Source of the DNA: an uncultured bacterium
Lineage (GTDB): Bacteria; Patescibacteriota; Minisyncoccia; Minisyncoccales; UBA10102
Direction of reading: 5' to 3'
DNA: 44,273 nt
Assembly: GCA_913054235.1 (NCBI GenBank)
Contig: CAJXJI010000002.1
Span: 1-44,273, forward strand
In this document: positions 26,757 to 35,440 of the stretch, one piece after another
How the letters are laid out: every line of letters starts with the position of its first letter
Numbering within the stretch: the stretch's first letter is position 1
Notes under the pieces: generated by a model
The model's input: only the letters and a program-made list of their open reading frames with translations
Database searches by the model: none
Told to the model about the DNA's origin: nothing
Translations under genes and position numbers: made by a program

Positions 26757-27311
26757 CTATTTGCTTACAGCTTCGGATTTGTTTTCTGGCTCTGCCTCTT
26801 TTTTTTCTTGCTCCTTTGGTTTTGTTTCAATTACCTGCAACTTCCTTATAGCAGCCAAAGTTGCCAAAGCATTATTTAATTTATTCCTGCTTCGAGTAAT
26901 AGTTTTTGCGGAAATGTTCTTAATCCCTGCCTTTTCAGCAATGACTCGTGTTACTCCTCCTGCAACCAATCCTCTTCCCTTTTTTTGTGGTTTAAGCAAA
27001 ATACGGGAAGCTCCAAAGGTAGCTTCAACTTCATGAGGGATAGTGTCTTGGACTATAGGAACGGTAATAAGGTTCTTTATAGCCTTCCTGGTTGCCTTCT
27101 CAATTGCTTGAGCAACATCAGCTCCTTTTGCAACACCAACTCCCACGCGAGATTTCCTATCACCAGCTACTACTACAGCACGAAAGCGAAATCTTCTTCC
27201 TCCAGCTGAAACACGAACCACACGCGCCAAATCCACGAGTTTTGAATCAAACTCGGATTTCTCTTTTTGTCTCTCTTTTGGACCAAATTGTCTTCGTTGT
27301 TTTCCAGGCAT
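26757..27311 (-). CDS. rpsE: 30S ribosomal protein S5 with Lys/Glu-rich C-terminal extension
   Basis: VVRVSAGGRRFRFRAVVVAGDRKSRVGVGVAKG. Confidence 0.95.
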   Translation of the reverse strand: MPGKQRRQFGPKERQKEKSEFDSKLVDLARVVRVSAGGRRFRFRAVVVAGDRKSRVGVGVAKGADVAQAIEKATRKAIKNLITVPIVQDTIPHEVEATFGASRILLKPQKKGRGLVAGGVTRVIAEKAGIKNISAKTITRSRNKLNNALATLAAIRKLQVIETKPKEQEKKEAEPENKSEAVSK

Positions 27312-27315
27312 AATA

Positions 27316-27666
27316 TTAAAAAACTAATCCTCCTTCTCTTGCTCCCTCGGCCAACGCTTTAACACTTCCATGGTACTTGTATCCACCTCTATCAAACACA
27401 ATTGTTGAAACTCCTTTATCTTTTGCAGCCTTTGCTAGTAATTTTCCCATTGAGGTGGCATTCTCTACTCGCGTTAATGTTTTTTTAACTTTCAAATCAG
27501 AAATTGCAGTTATTACTTTTCCTTCCATATCATCCACCAATTGCGCATACAAATGCTTTTGGGAACGAAATACTGAAAGCCGAGGACATTTGGCTGTGCC
27601 TTTCACTCTTGCGCGAATGCGCTTATGGCGAGTTATTCTTTGTTTTCTTGGACTTTTCTTTGTCAT
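27316..27666 (-). CDS. rplR: 50S ribosomal protein L18
   Basis: RHKRIRARVKGTAKCPRLSVFRSQKHLYAQL ... FDRGGYKYHGSVKALAEGAREGGL. Confidence 0.95.
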   Translation of the reverse strand: MTKKSPRKQRITRHKRIRARVKGTAKCPRLSVFRSQKHLYAQLVDDMEGKVITAISDLKVKKTLTRVENATSMGKLLAKAAKDKGVSTIVFDRGGYKYHGSVKALAEGAREGGLVF

Positions 27667-27670
27667 ATGT

Positions 27671-28231
27671 TTACCCAGCAGTTCCTGCTGCTTTTTTCCC
27701 TTCTTTTCTTCTTACTACTTCATCTTCATACCTAATCCCTTTTCCTTTATACGGTTCCACGGGACGATATCTTCGAATATGGGCTGCAAACTCACCTACT
27801 TTCTCTTTACTTATCCCCGAAACAATAATAGTGTTTTTTTCGACTGCACACAAGATGCCTTCTGGAATCTTTGCCTGTATCGGATGGGAAAATCCAAGAG
27901 TAAGATTCAATAAATCTCCTTCCACCACAGCTCGATATCCTGTTCCTTCTATTTCAAGCTTCTTTTCATATCCTTGCGTAACACCTTGTATCATATTAAA
28001 AATGAGTGTTCTTGTTAGTCCCCACAAGCCCTTTGCTAAATCAGCACGCTTGCGTGAAAGCTCTTCTTTCAGTGCAACATGAATTACATTATCTTCTTTT
28101 GCTACTGCAACATCTGGATGCATTTCATATACAAGTTCACCCTTGGGGCCTTTTACTGTAGCCGTATGGTTTTCTAAACTCACATCCACTCCTTGTGGTA
28201 TTTTAATTGGTTGTTTTCCTATTCTGCTCAT
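27671..28231 (-). CDS. rplF: 50S ribosomal protein L6
   Basis: MSRIGKQPIKIPQGVDV. The start at ATG 28231 comes right after the rpsH stop. Confidence 0.95.
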   Translation of the reverse strand: MSRIGKQPIKIPQGVDVSLENHTATVKGPKGELVYEMHPDVAVAKEDNVIHVALKEELSRKRADLAKGLWGLTRTLIFNMIQGVTQGYEKKLEIEGTGYRAVVEGDLLNLTLGFSHPIQAKIPEGILCAVEKNTIIVSGISKEKVGEFAAHIRRYRPVEPYKGKGIRYEDEVVRRKEGKKAAGTAG

Positions 28232-28232
28232 A

Positions 28233-28622
28233 TCACCATATTTCACATAATATTTCTCCTCCCAAACCTTGTGCTCGTGCTTCTCCTATCGTCATTAATC
28301 CTTTGGATGTAGAAATAATGCCAATGCTCTTTGGTCTCTTTGTCTTTTGTAATTGCAAAACTGAGGAATATATCCGCTTTCCTGGCTTGGATATACGCTT
28401 TACACCAGTAATTTTTGGCGCCCCTTCTGTGTATTCCAAAGTTAACTCCATGGATCTTTTGCTCTTCTTGTTTTTTAATTCTACCTTTTTAACAAACAGA
28501 GTGCGTTCTAAAATCTTTCCAATCTCAAAGCGCATTTTGGAAAACGGAACTTCAACCGTTTCCCTACCAACGACTTGTGCATTCTTTATCCTATTGATCA
28601 TGTCTGATATAGGGTCTACCAT
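28233..28622 (-). CDS. rpsH: 30S ribosomal protein S8
   Basis: [14 protein letters not shown] ... GGEILCEIW. Confidence 0.95.
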   Translation of the reverse strand: MVDPISDMINRIKNAQVVGRETVEVPFSKMRFEIGKILERTLFVKKVELKNKKSKRSMELTLEYTEGAPKITGVKRISKPGKRIYSSVLQLQKTKRPKSIGIISTSKGLMTIGEARAQGLGGEILCEIW

Positions 28623-28801
28623 GAAGATTTTTTAATACCTGGTATTAGTCCCTTGTTTGCCATCTCTCGAAAACAAATTCGACAGAGTCCAAAGTCTCTT
28701 AAATATCCTCTCTTTCTACCACAACGAAAGCATCTTCTCACAACGCGAGATTTAAACTTGGGCTTCTTTTTGGACTTTTCAATTTGTGATTTCGTTGCCA
28801 T
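28616..28801 (-). CDS. rpsN: 30S ribosomal protein S14 type Z (zinc-binding, 61 aa)
   Basis: [23 protein letters not shown] carries the CxxC..CxxC motif. The start is ATG 28801. The track start 28807 is a TTG. Confidence 0.93.
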   Translation of the reverse strand: MATKSQIEKSKKKPKFKSRVVRRCFRCGRKRGYLRDFGLCRICFREMANKGLIPGIKKSSW

Positions 28802-28803
28802 AA

Positions 28804-29361
28804 TCAAATAATAAACGGGAAACCAAGCTGTAAAAATAGTTCCAATCCCTCTTCCTTTGTTTTCGCGCTCGTAGTTATCGTTACTTCCAGAGAAAAAGAA
28901 ATCTTGGATTTTTCTGGGGAAATTTCTGGAAAGAATAAATGTTCTTTAATTCCTATGCTCAAATTACCATTCTCATCAATAAAGGAAGTTTTTAATCCTT
29001 GAAAATCGCGTGACCGTGGAAATATAACATGAATAAGGCGATCTAGGAAGTCATACATTTTTTGTCCTCGCAATGTTACCTTCACGCCAACAGGAGCTCC
29101 TTGTCGTAACTTAAAAGTTGCAATAGATTTTCTAGCCTTGGTAAGTACCGGCTTTTGTCCTGCAATCAAGGCCATATCCATGGCGATACTCTCCCCCATC
29201 TTTTGAGCATCCGCATTGGATTTTCCAGAAGCCATTTTTCCAAAACCAGAGTTAAGCACCACCTTCTCAATTATGGGAGCTGCCATAATGCTTTTATACC
29301 CAAACTTCTTTTGAAGTGCAGGTATTGCTTTTGCTCTGTAGGTTTCTTGCATATTTTTCAT
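28804..29361 (-). CDS. rplE: 50S ribosomal protein L5
   Basis: [30 protein letters not shown]. The start at ATG 29361 comes right after the rplX stop. Confidence 0.95.
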   Translation of the reverse strand: MKNMQETYRAKAIPALQKKFGYKSIMAAPIIEKVVLNSGFGKMASGKSNADAQKMGESIAMDMALIAGQKPVLTKARKSIATFKLRQGAPVGVKVTLRGQKMYDFLDRLIHVIFPRSRDFQGLKTSFIDENGNLSIGIKEHLFFPEISPEKSKISFSLEVTITTSAKTKEEGLELFLQLGFPFII

Positions 29362-29362
29362 G

Positions 29363-29668
29363 TTATGTTTCCTCTCCACATTTTTTGCAAATTCTAGTCT
29401 TATTCTTCCCTTCCATCTTATACCCCACACGCACTGCCTTATTACACTTTGAACAGATCAATTGAACGTTACCTAAAGCAATGGGACTTTGCTTCTCTAT
29501 AATCTGCCCTTTTTCACCTGATTTTGTGGGTTTTTTGTGCCGTTTTCTAATATTCACGCCTTCTACCACAACCTTAAGATCAACAGGATATACCTTTGTA
29601 ATCTTTCCTTTCTTTCCCTTCTCCTTGCCGGATGTAACAATAATATTATCGCCAGTCTTTAGCTTCAT
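29363..29668 (-). CDS. rplX: 50S ribosomal protein L24 with C-terminal zinc ribbon
   Basis: [23 protein letters not shown] (KOW motif). The C-terminus carries CSKCNK...CKKCGE. Confidence 0.93.
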   Translation of the reverse strand: MKLKTGDNIIVTSGKEKGKKGKITKVYPVDLKVVVEGVNIRKRHKKPTKSGEKGQIIEKQSPIALGNVQLICSKCNKAVRVGYKMEGKNKTRICKKCGEET

Positions 29669-30033
29669 ATAATTTCTTGGGCTAATCCCACTATCTTTGT
29701 GTATCCTTTTTCCCTTAACTCACGAGGAAAAGGTCCAAACATTCTTCCACCTTTTGGCTCTTTATCTTTCTCTAAAATCACCGCAGCATTTTCATCAAAC
29801 CTAATGTAAGAGCCATCCTTTCGGCGCAAAGCCTTTTTCTGTCGCACTATCACTGCTCGCACCACTTCATGTTTTTTTACTCCGCGACGCGGAAAAGCTT
29901 CTTTCACTGCTGCTACAATAACATCCCCAATTTGAGCATACCTTCTCTTTGAGCCTCCCAATACCTTAAAACACTGGATAATTTTTGCTCCTGAGTTATC
30001 TGCTACTTTTAATTTTGTCTGTGCCTGTATCAT
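29665..30033 (-). CDS. rplN: 50S ribosomal protein L14
   Basis: [17 protein letters not shown]. Confidence 0.96.
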   Translation of the reverse strand: MIQAQTKLKVADNSGAKIIQCFKVLGGSKRRYAQIGDVIVAAVKEAFPRRGVKKHEVVRAVIVRQKKALRRKDGSYIRFDENAAVILEKDKEPKGGRMFGPFPRELREKGYTKIVGLAQEII

Positions 30034-30046
30034 AATTGCCTGCGCG

Positions 30047-30283
30047 TTAGGAAGCCCTACGAATTATCTTCCATTGCTTATCTTTACTCATTGGATTTGC
30101 CTCTTCAATAACAACTTTCTCATTTACCTTGTACTCATTATTCCCGTCATGCGCCTTGTATCTTTTATGAGAGCGATATCTTCTCTTATACTTTGGATGA
30201 GTTTTCAATGTCTCAACCTTAACCACACGGGTCTTATCCATTTTATCTGAAACCACAATTCCTGTTAAAAGTTTTTTTGACAT
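30047..30283 (-). CDS. rpsQ: 30S ribosomal protein S17
   Basis: [29 protein letters not shown]. Confidence 0.94.
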   Translation of the reverse strand: MSKKLLTGIVVSDKMDKTRVVKVETLKTHPKYKRRYRSHKRYKAHDGNNEYKVNEKVVIEEANPMSKDKQWKIIRRAS

Positions 30284-30287
30284 GTTA

Positions 30288-30473
30288 TTACTTCTTTTCT
30301 TGCATAATTGTTTGTATTTGGGCTATGGTCTTTCTAGTAGAGCGTATTTCTCGCGTATTCTTTATCTTACCTGCTGCAAGTTGAAATCGAAGATCTCGGC
30401 CCTTTTCTCTTAAAACACCCATCATCTCTTTCAATTCCTTCTCTGTCTTCTCTTTTAATTCTATTATTTTCAT
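30288..30473 (-). CDS. rpmC: 50S ribosomal protein L29
   Basis: 61 aa. The [13 protein letters not shown]...[13 protein letters not shown] pattern fits L29, and the gene sits between rplP and rpsQ. Confidence 0.92.
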   Translation of the reverse strand: MKIIELKEKTEKELKEMMGVLREKGRDLRFQLAAGKIKNTREIRSTRKTIAQIQTIMQEKK

Positions 30474-30883
30474 GATGCATCTTTTACAACAATACTGGTT
30501 TTAACAGACAATTTTGACGAAGCTTTTCGCAAAGCCTCTCTTGCCATATCTTCTTTAATTCCTTCAATTTCAAAGATAATTCTGCCAGGTTTTACGGGAA
30601 ATGCATAGTAATCTACAGCGCCCTTTCCACCACCCATAGGGGTTTCAGCTCCTTTTTTTGTAATAGGCTTATCTGGAAAAATACGAATCCACATCTTTCC
30701 TCCTTTTCTTAAATAACGAATAATTGAGCGCCGTGCAGCTTCAATCTGACGAGCCGGAATCCATTTTGTTCCTTGGGATTTTAAGCCATAGCTCCCAAAA
30801 GAAAGACTGGTCCCGCGATGCGCCAACCCTTTACTTCTTCCCTTCATCCATTTTCTATGTTTTATCTTTTTTGGAGCTAACAT
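30470..30883 (-). CDS. rplP: 50S ribosomal protein L16
   Basis: [16 protein letters not shown] ... [20 protein letters not shown]. The start is taken at ATG 30883. Confidence 0.95.
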   Translation of the reverse strand: MLAPKKIKHRKWMKGRSKGLAHRGTSLSFGSYGLKSQGTKWIPARQIEAARRSIIRYLRKGGKMWIRIFPDKPITKKGAETPMGGGKGAVDYYAFPVKPGRIIFEIEGIKEDMAREALRKASSKLSVKTSIVVKDAS

Positions 30884-30884
30884 A

Positions 30885-31517
30885 TTATTCAAAAGCCTCT
30901 CCTTTATACAACCACACTTTTACTCCCACAATACCATATGTGGTTTTTGCCTCAGCTAAGGCATAATCTATTATTGCGCGTTGAGTTTGAAGCGGGAGAC
31001 GTCCATCCTTTAACACTTCACGCCGTGCAATATCAGCACCACCCAAACGCCCTGCTACTTCCAATTTAACTCCTTCAATGCCCTTGGTTGCAGAAACCTT
31101 TTGTAGGGTCTGTTTCATAATCCGACGATGCGGCATTCTTTTTTCCAGCTGCTGCGCAATACTTTGAGCTATCAATGCAGCTGACTCAAAAGGATTCTTG
31201 ATTTCTCTAATTTCAAGGCGAACATCTTTTACTGAAACAAATTTCTGTAAAGCTTTCTTTATAATCTCAATTCCAGATCCACCTCTTCCAATAATCAATC
31301 CAGGTCTTCCTGAACTGATAATAACAGTAAGACGTCCAGCAAATCGCTCAATTTCAATAGACTCTATTGAAGCCTCTTTGAGTCTTGCTCCCAAAAATTC
31401 ACGGATACGAAAATCCTCCTCAAGCGTTTTAGCATACGCTCTCTTTTCAACCCAACGAGAGAGCCAATCTTTGGTCTCGCGAATTCTAAATATTTTTGGG
31501 TGTACTTTATGTGACAT
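30885..31517 (-). CDS. rpsC: 30S ribosomal protein S3
   Basis: [18 protein letters not shown] plus a KH-domain GRGGSGIE motif. Confidence 0.95.
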   Translation of the reverse strand: MSHKVHPKIFRIRETKDWLSRWVEKRAYAKTLEEDFRIREFLGARLKEASIESIEIERFAGRLTVIISSGRPGLIIGRGGSGIEIIKKALQKFVSVKDVRLEIREIKNPFESAALIAQSIAQQLEKRMPHRRIMKQTLQKVSATKGIEGVKLEVAGRLGGADIARREVLKDGRLPLQTQRAIIDYALAEAKTTYGIVGVKVWLYKGEAFE

Positions 31518-31522
31518 AATAT

Positions 31523-32044
31523 TTAAATAGCCTTTCTGCGAAAGAATTTTTGAACACCTCTTTTCTCTTGTGGCCTGGAGCTAACTGATTGTCTGTCTTT
31601 TGCGTATGTCTTTTTTGTCTCCTTTTTCTCCGTTGAAGAATCCAGGGACTCAGTACTCTTTTCGTCCTGTACGCTAGTTTTACTCTTCGTTGTTTTCTTT
31701 ACCTTTTCTTGCTCAATTTCATCTACCACAATAGTGATATGTGAAGTCTTTTTCTGAATTTCAAAGGCTTGGCCGCGAGCTCTTGGCCGAAAGCGCTTTA
31801 ACTTTGGTCCTTCATTTACAGCAATATGTGAGATATATAGGTTAGCTGCATTTGCTTGGAAATTATTTACTGCAGAAGCAACAGCTGAATTTAGTGTTTT
31901 AAGCACTGGCAATGCAGAATGCTTTGCAGCAAACTGAAGCAAGGATTGTGCTTCCACAACCTTCTTTCCTCGAACAAGATCCGCTGCCATACGAACCTTA
32001 CGAGGCGCCATTCTTAAATATCTTAATTTTGCTGTTGCTTTCAT
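31523..32044 (-). CDS. rplV: 50S ribosomal protein L22 with Ser/Lys/Glu-rich C-terminal extension
   Basis: AKLRYLRMAPRKVRMAADLVRGKKV ... RARGQAFEIQKKTSHITIVV. Confidence 0.94.
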   Translation of the reverse strand: MKATAKLRYLRMAPRKVRMAADLVRGKKVVEAQSLLQFAAKHSALPVLKTLNSAVASAVNNFQANAANLYISHIAVNEGPKLKRFRPRARGQAFEIQKKTSHITIVVDEIEQEKVKKTTKSKTSVQDEKSTESLDSSTEKKETKKTYAKDRQSVSSRPQEKRGVQKFFRRKAI

Positions 32045-32045
32045 G

Positions 32046-32366
32046 TTATTTCTTTGCTACTGAAGATGGAGCTGCACTCGCCTTTGCTTTTTGCTCTGTC
32101 TCTTTTTGTATCTTCCCTCCATGTCTAACAAACTTTGTTGTTGGAGCAAATTCACCTAGCTTATGTCCTACCATTTCTTCTACAACTCGTACAGGAACAA
32201 AGTCCTTGCCCATATGCACCCCAAACGTAAATCCAATCATTTCAGGGGTAATGGTAGCACGCCTTGACCAAGTCTTAATAACAGTGTTATCTCCCTGCTT
32301 TATATCTTTTAGGCGAGCTAGTAATTGCTCATCAATATACGGTCCTTTTTTTACACTTCTTGTCAT
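32046..32366 (-). CDS. rpsS: 30S ribosomal protein S19
   Basis: [16 protein letters not shown] ... [10 protein letters not shown]. Confidence 0.95.
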   Translation of the reverse strand: MTRSVKKGPYIDEQLLARLKDIKQGDNTVIKTWSRRATITPEMIGFTFGVHMGKDFVPVRVVEEMVGHKLGEFAPTTKFVRHGGKIQKETEQKAKASAAPSSVAKK

Positions 32367-32373
32367 ATTTTTA

Positions 32374-33156
32374 TTATTTCTTTCTCTTTTTCTTTTTCCT
32401 TTTTTGCATAATCAACTTATCTGACCATTTCTTCTTTCGAGTCTTAACACCCAGTGCGTGCTTACCCCAAGGGGTCTTTGGGTATTTCATTCCTCTTCCT
32501 GTTCTTCCTTCACCACCTCCATGAGGATGATCCACTGGGTTCATTGCCGTTCCGCGAACCGTAGGACGCCATCCTTTCAAACGACGGCTTCCTGCCTTGC
32601 GAATCACCTTGTATCGATGTTCTGGATTGGACATGGAACCTATTGAAGCAAAACTCTTTGATGAAATTTTTCGTGCTTCACTTGAAGGCATCCGAACATG
32701 CGTATACCCTGCGTCGTGAGCCAACACTTGAGCTGCAACTCCTGCCCCGCGAACAAGCTTCCCTCCGCGTTCTGGTACTACCTCAATATTATACACCGTT
32801 GTTCCTACAGGAATATTTACAAGACGCATTCTGTTTCCTGTCTTTATCTCTGCCTTCTCCTTTGTTATAACCTCATCCCCTACCTTTAATTCATGGGGAG
32901 CTAATAGATACGCCTTCTCTTCATTATCATACTGAACTAAAGCTAAGAGCGAAGAACGATTAGGATCATACTCAATAGCCAATACCTTTCCTGTCATATC
33001 AATATGTCCTTGTCCAAAATCAACCTGACGATATAGTCGTCTTGATCCACCTCCACGATGTCGAATAGTAATACGTCCCGTATTGCTTCTCCCCGCGTGC
33101 TGTTTTAAGCGAGAGAGCAATGACTTTTCCGGTTTTTTCTTTGAAATGATTTTCAT
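32374..33156 (-). CDS. rplB: 50S ribosomal protein L2
   Basis: [16 protein letters not shown] ... [15 protein letters not shown]. Confidence 0.96.
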   Translation of the reverse strand: MKIISKKKPEKSLLSRLKQHAGRSNTGRITIRHRGGGSRRLYRQVDFGQGHIDMTGKVLAIEYDPNRSSLLALVQYDNEEKAYLLAPHELKVGDEVITKEKAEIKTGNRMRLVNIPVGTTVYNIEVVPERGGKLVRGAGVAAQVLAHDAGYTHVRMPSSEARKISSKSFASIGSMSNPEHRYKVIRKAGSRRLKGWRPTVRGTAMNPVDHPHGGGEGRTGRGMKYPKTPWGKHALGVKTRKKKWSDKLIMQKRKKKKRKK

Positions 33157-33158
33157 AC

Positions 33159-33581
33159 CTATCTTGAAATAATCTCAATACTTTCTCCTTTCTTTAAGTG
33201 GACTACTGCTTTTTTCAATCCTGGCTGTAAAACAGTTCTTTTTCCAGCTCCAACCTTCCGCGCTGGCTTTGTGGTTAATCCAACCTTCTTTACGTTCACT
33301 CCATACAGAGCTTCAACCGACTGCTTCACAGCTCCTTTTGTCGCTGTTTTGTGAACACGAAAGACGTATTGCCCTTTTTCTGCAAGCATAGCTGCTTTCT
33401 CTGTAACGTGTGGATTAAGCAAGACCGAGGACAAAGCAGGAGAGGTCTTCTTTCCTTTTGTGCTTACAGTAGTCTTTTTAACAACTTCTTTTTTAGATTG
33501 TTTTTTTTCTTTTTCCAAAGGCTTCTCAGCGCTTATTTGAGGTTTTTTCTCTTCCTTTTTTTTGAAAATATTAAATGCCAT
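33159..33581 (-). CDS. rplW: 50S ribosomal protein L23 with Lys-rich N-terminal extension
   Basis: LLNPHVTEKAAMLAEKGQYVFRVHKTATKGAVKQSVEALYGVNV. The start at ATG 33581 comes right after the rplD stop. Confidence 0.93.
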   Translation of the reverse strand: MAFNIFKKKEEKKPQISAEKPLEKEKKQSKKEVVKKTTVSTKGKKTSPALSSVLLNPHVTEKAAMLAEKGQYVFRVHKTATKGAVKQSVEALYGVNVKKVGLTTKPARKVGAGKRTVLQPGLKKAVVHLKKGESIEIISR

Positions 33582-33582
33582 A

Positions 33583-34212
33583 TTAACTTGCAAATGTTTC
33601 TTCAAGTACTTTAAAGGATTCTTTAAGCAAGACAACATACGTTGTTTGAACCAATTGAAGCGCACTCAATTCTCGAGCCTGCACAGTCTTTATGTATGGA
33701 ATGTTTTTTGCAGCACGAATGATCTTTACATCCATAGAGGGCAACACCAACAGCGTACTCTTTTTTTCAAAAGGAAGATTCTTAAGTATCTCTAGCAATT
33801 CCTTGGTTTTTGCATCCTTCATACGTAAAGAATCAAGAATAATAATTTGCTTTTGTCTGAATTTTTCAGATAAAACCGTAAAGAGAGCCTTTCTTCGCAT
33901 CTTTATATTCATCTTTCTTTTGTAGTTTCGCTCTGCTGTTGGGCCATGAGTAACTCCACCACCAATCCATATAGGAGAGCGCGTAGAGCCGTGACGTGCT
34001 CTACCTGTACCTTTTTGACGCCAAGGCTTTTTTCCACCACCTCTTACTTCACTTCTATCTTTTACCTTTGCTGAAACTTGCCTTTGATTCCCCTGTTGAA
34101 TAACTGTTATTTGATGCAGTAAGTCATCATTGCGCGCAACATCAAAAAGCTTTTCTGAAAGTTCCAAGTCTTCTATTTTTGCGCCTTTTGCATCTAACAC
34201 AGCTTGTTTCAT
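33583..34212 (-). CDS. rplD: 50S ribosomal protein L4
   Basis: VRGGGKKPWRQKGTGRARHGSTRSPIWIGGGVTHGP. Confidence 0.95.
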   Translation of the reverse strand: MKQAVLDAKGAKIEDLELSEKLFDVARNDDLLHQITVIQQGNQRQVSAKVKDRSEVRGGGKKPWRQKGTGRARHGSTRSPIWIGGGVTHGPTAERNYKRKMNIKMRRKALFTVLSEKFRQKQIIILDSLRMKDAKTKELLEILKNLPFEKKSTLLVLPSMDVKIIRAAKNIPYIKTVQARELSALQLVQTTYVVLLKESFKVLEETFAS

Positions 34213-34769
34213 ATCTTTCCCTCAATAAAAAGGAGCGTGCCCGGACGACCAGGAACAGCTCCCTTTACTGAAAGTGTATTATTTTCAATATCAATTTGGA
34301 CTACCAAAAGATTCTTCACCGCAATTGTATCTCCTCCCATACGACCTGGCATACGTTTTCCCTTAATAACTCGCTGTGGATACATACTTCCAACAGAACC
34401 AATGGTTCGATGCTCATGCTTTACACCATGTGAGGCACTTTTCCCATGAAATCCGTGTCGCTTCACACCTCCTTGAAATCCCTTACCTTTTGAAATACCA
34501 GATATCTTTACCTTATCCCCTTCCTCAAACATAGAAATAGTCATTTCGTCTCCGATTTCTAGTCCAGTTCCTTTAATCTCTTTTATTGCTTTAAATCCTT
34601 TTTTCTTTTTTGGATCATACCCAATCTGAATCGCCTCATATCCATCGTTCTCTACAGTCAGTTTTCGCAAAACAGAAACAGGACCAGCTTCAATAACCGT
34701 CACAGGAATGACTTTATCTTCTTTAAATATCTGGGTCATACCCAGTTTTCTTCCTAGTATGCTTTTCAT
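34209..34769 (-). CDS. rplC: 50S ribosomal protein L3
   Basis: ILGRKLGMTQIF ... GISKGKGFQGGVKRHGF. Confidence 0.95.
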   Translation of the reverse strand: MKSILGRKLGMTQIFKEDKVIPVTVIEAGPVSVLRKLTVENDGYEAIQIGYDPKKKKGFKAIKEIKGTGLEIGDEMTISMFEEGDKVKISGISKGKGFQGGVKRHGFHGKSASHGVKHEHRTIGSVGSMYPQRVIKGKRMPGRMGGDTIAVKNLLVVQIDIENNTLSVKGAVPGRPGTLLFIEGKI

Positions 34770-34773
34770 AACT

Positions 34774-34800
34774 ACAACAAAACGCCGGGTTAACCCGGCG
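34774..34800 (-). promoter_or_regulatory. Terminator-like/attenuator hairpin abutting the rplC start codon
   Basis: Perfect palindrome CGCCGGG-TTAA-CCCGGCG (34783-34800). On the minus strand it is followed by TTTTGTTGT, and the rplC ATG comes 13 nt after the stem. Confidence 0.5.
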
Positions 34801-34863
34801 CTACAAAAAAGCTTTCGGTTAAACCCTCGCTGCTCACAAGGCTAGCTTAGCGTTCATGCAATA

Positions 34864-34892
34864 AGTATAGGATAAAGGATAAGGAATGTCAA
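34864..34892 (-). promoter_or_regulatory. Near-consensus sigma70 promoter upstream of rplC
   Basis: Minus-sense TTGACA (34892-34887), N17, TATACT (34869-34864). Confidence 0.55.
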
Positions 34893-34896
34893 TATC

Positions 34897-34996
34897 AAAA
34901 AGGAAGGGATGGAGGAAGAGGATCTACCGGAGCCCTGGTGCTCTGCAAATAGACTCGCTACCTTCCTCCTGGGCGAGATTATGTCGCCCATCCCGC
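34897..34996 (-). ncRNA. Unclassified ~100-nt structured RNA between rpsJ and rplC
   Basis: Minus-sense GCGGGATGGGCGACATAATCTCGCCCAGGAGGAAGG...CCTCTTCCTCCATCCC TTCCTTTTT. The outer helix pairs GGGATGG/CCATCCC and AGGAGGAAGG/CCTCTTCCTCC (with G.U pairs, hence minus sense). Inner hairpins are GGGCGA-cataatc-TCGCCC and GAGC-accagg-GCTC. It is flanked by a promoter and a T-run. Confidence 0.4.
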
Positions 34997-35000
34997 TCTT

Positions 35001-35029
35001 CATATACCATCTCCTGGATAATGAGGCAA
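35001..35029 (-). promoter_or_regulatory. Sigma70-like promoter of the intergenic structured RNA
   Basis: Minus-sense TTGCCT (35029-35024), N17, TATATG (35006-35001). Confidence 0.45.
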
Positions 35030-35043
35030 GATGTCTTGATTAT

Positions 35044-35070
35044 CAAAAAACCGCCCCAGAAAGGGGCGGC
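35044..35070 (-). terminator. Rho-independent terminator immediately after rpsJ
   Basis: Minus-sense CCGCCCC-tttct-GGGGCGG followed by TTTTTTG. It begins 6 nt after the rpsJ TAA. Confidence 0.75.
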
Positions 35071-35075
35071 TTAAG

Positions 35076-35411
35076 TTACATCTTAATTTCAATATCTACT
35101 CCAGCTGGAAGATTAAGATTCGTTAGAGCTTCAATCACCTTTGGATTAGGAGTGAGAATATCAATGATTCTCTTGTGCGTTCGCATCTCATACTGCTCTC
35201 TTGAATCTTTATGTACAAATGCAGAACGGTTCACTGTGTACTTTTTAATCTCCGTTGGCAAAGGAACAGGACCCACGGCTTCACATCCATACCGAAGCAC
35301 AGTATCAATGATTTGCTTTGAAGAAGCATCAATAACTTTATGGTCATAAGCTGAAATCTTAATTCTCAGCTTTGGCTGCGGGGTTTCTGTTCTTTTCTTT
35401 GCTGGAGACAT
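35076..35411 (-). CDS. rpsJ: 30S ribosomal protein S10
   Basis: LRIKISAYDHKVIDASSKQIIDTV ... THKRIIDI. Confidence 0.95.
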   Translation of the reverse strand: MSPAKKRTETPQPKLRIKISAYDHKVIDASSKQIIDTVLRYGCEAVGPVPLPTEIKKYTVNRSAFVHKDSREQYEMRTHKRIIDILTPNPKVIEALTNLNLPAGVDIEIKM

Positions 35412-35440
35412 AAAAGGTACAAGTAAGGAAGTAAAGATAA

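Noticed and set aside
34897-34996. The intergenic RNA between rpsJ and rplC as small SRP (4.5S) RNA.
   Set aside because: It contains ACCAGG and GGAAGG-like strings. It lacks the GGAA tetraloop closed by a stem and the AGCAGC 3' strand in the right order. The helix geometry does not match domain IV.
34886-35349. Plus-strand ORFs 34886-35074 and 34909-35349.
   Set aside because: They lie antisense to rpsJ and to the structured spacer. The composition is low-complexity, and they cross the bidirectional-looking terminator stem. Treated as chance ORFs.
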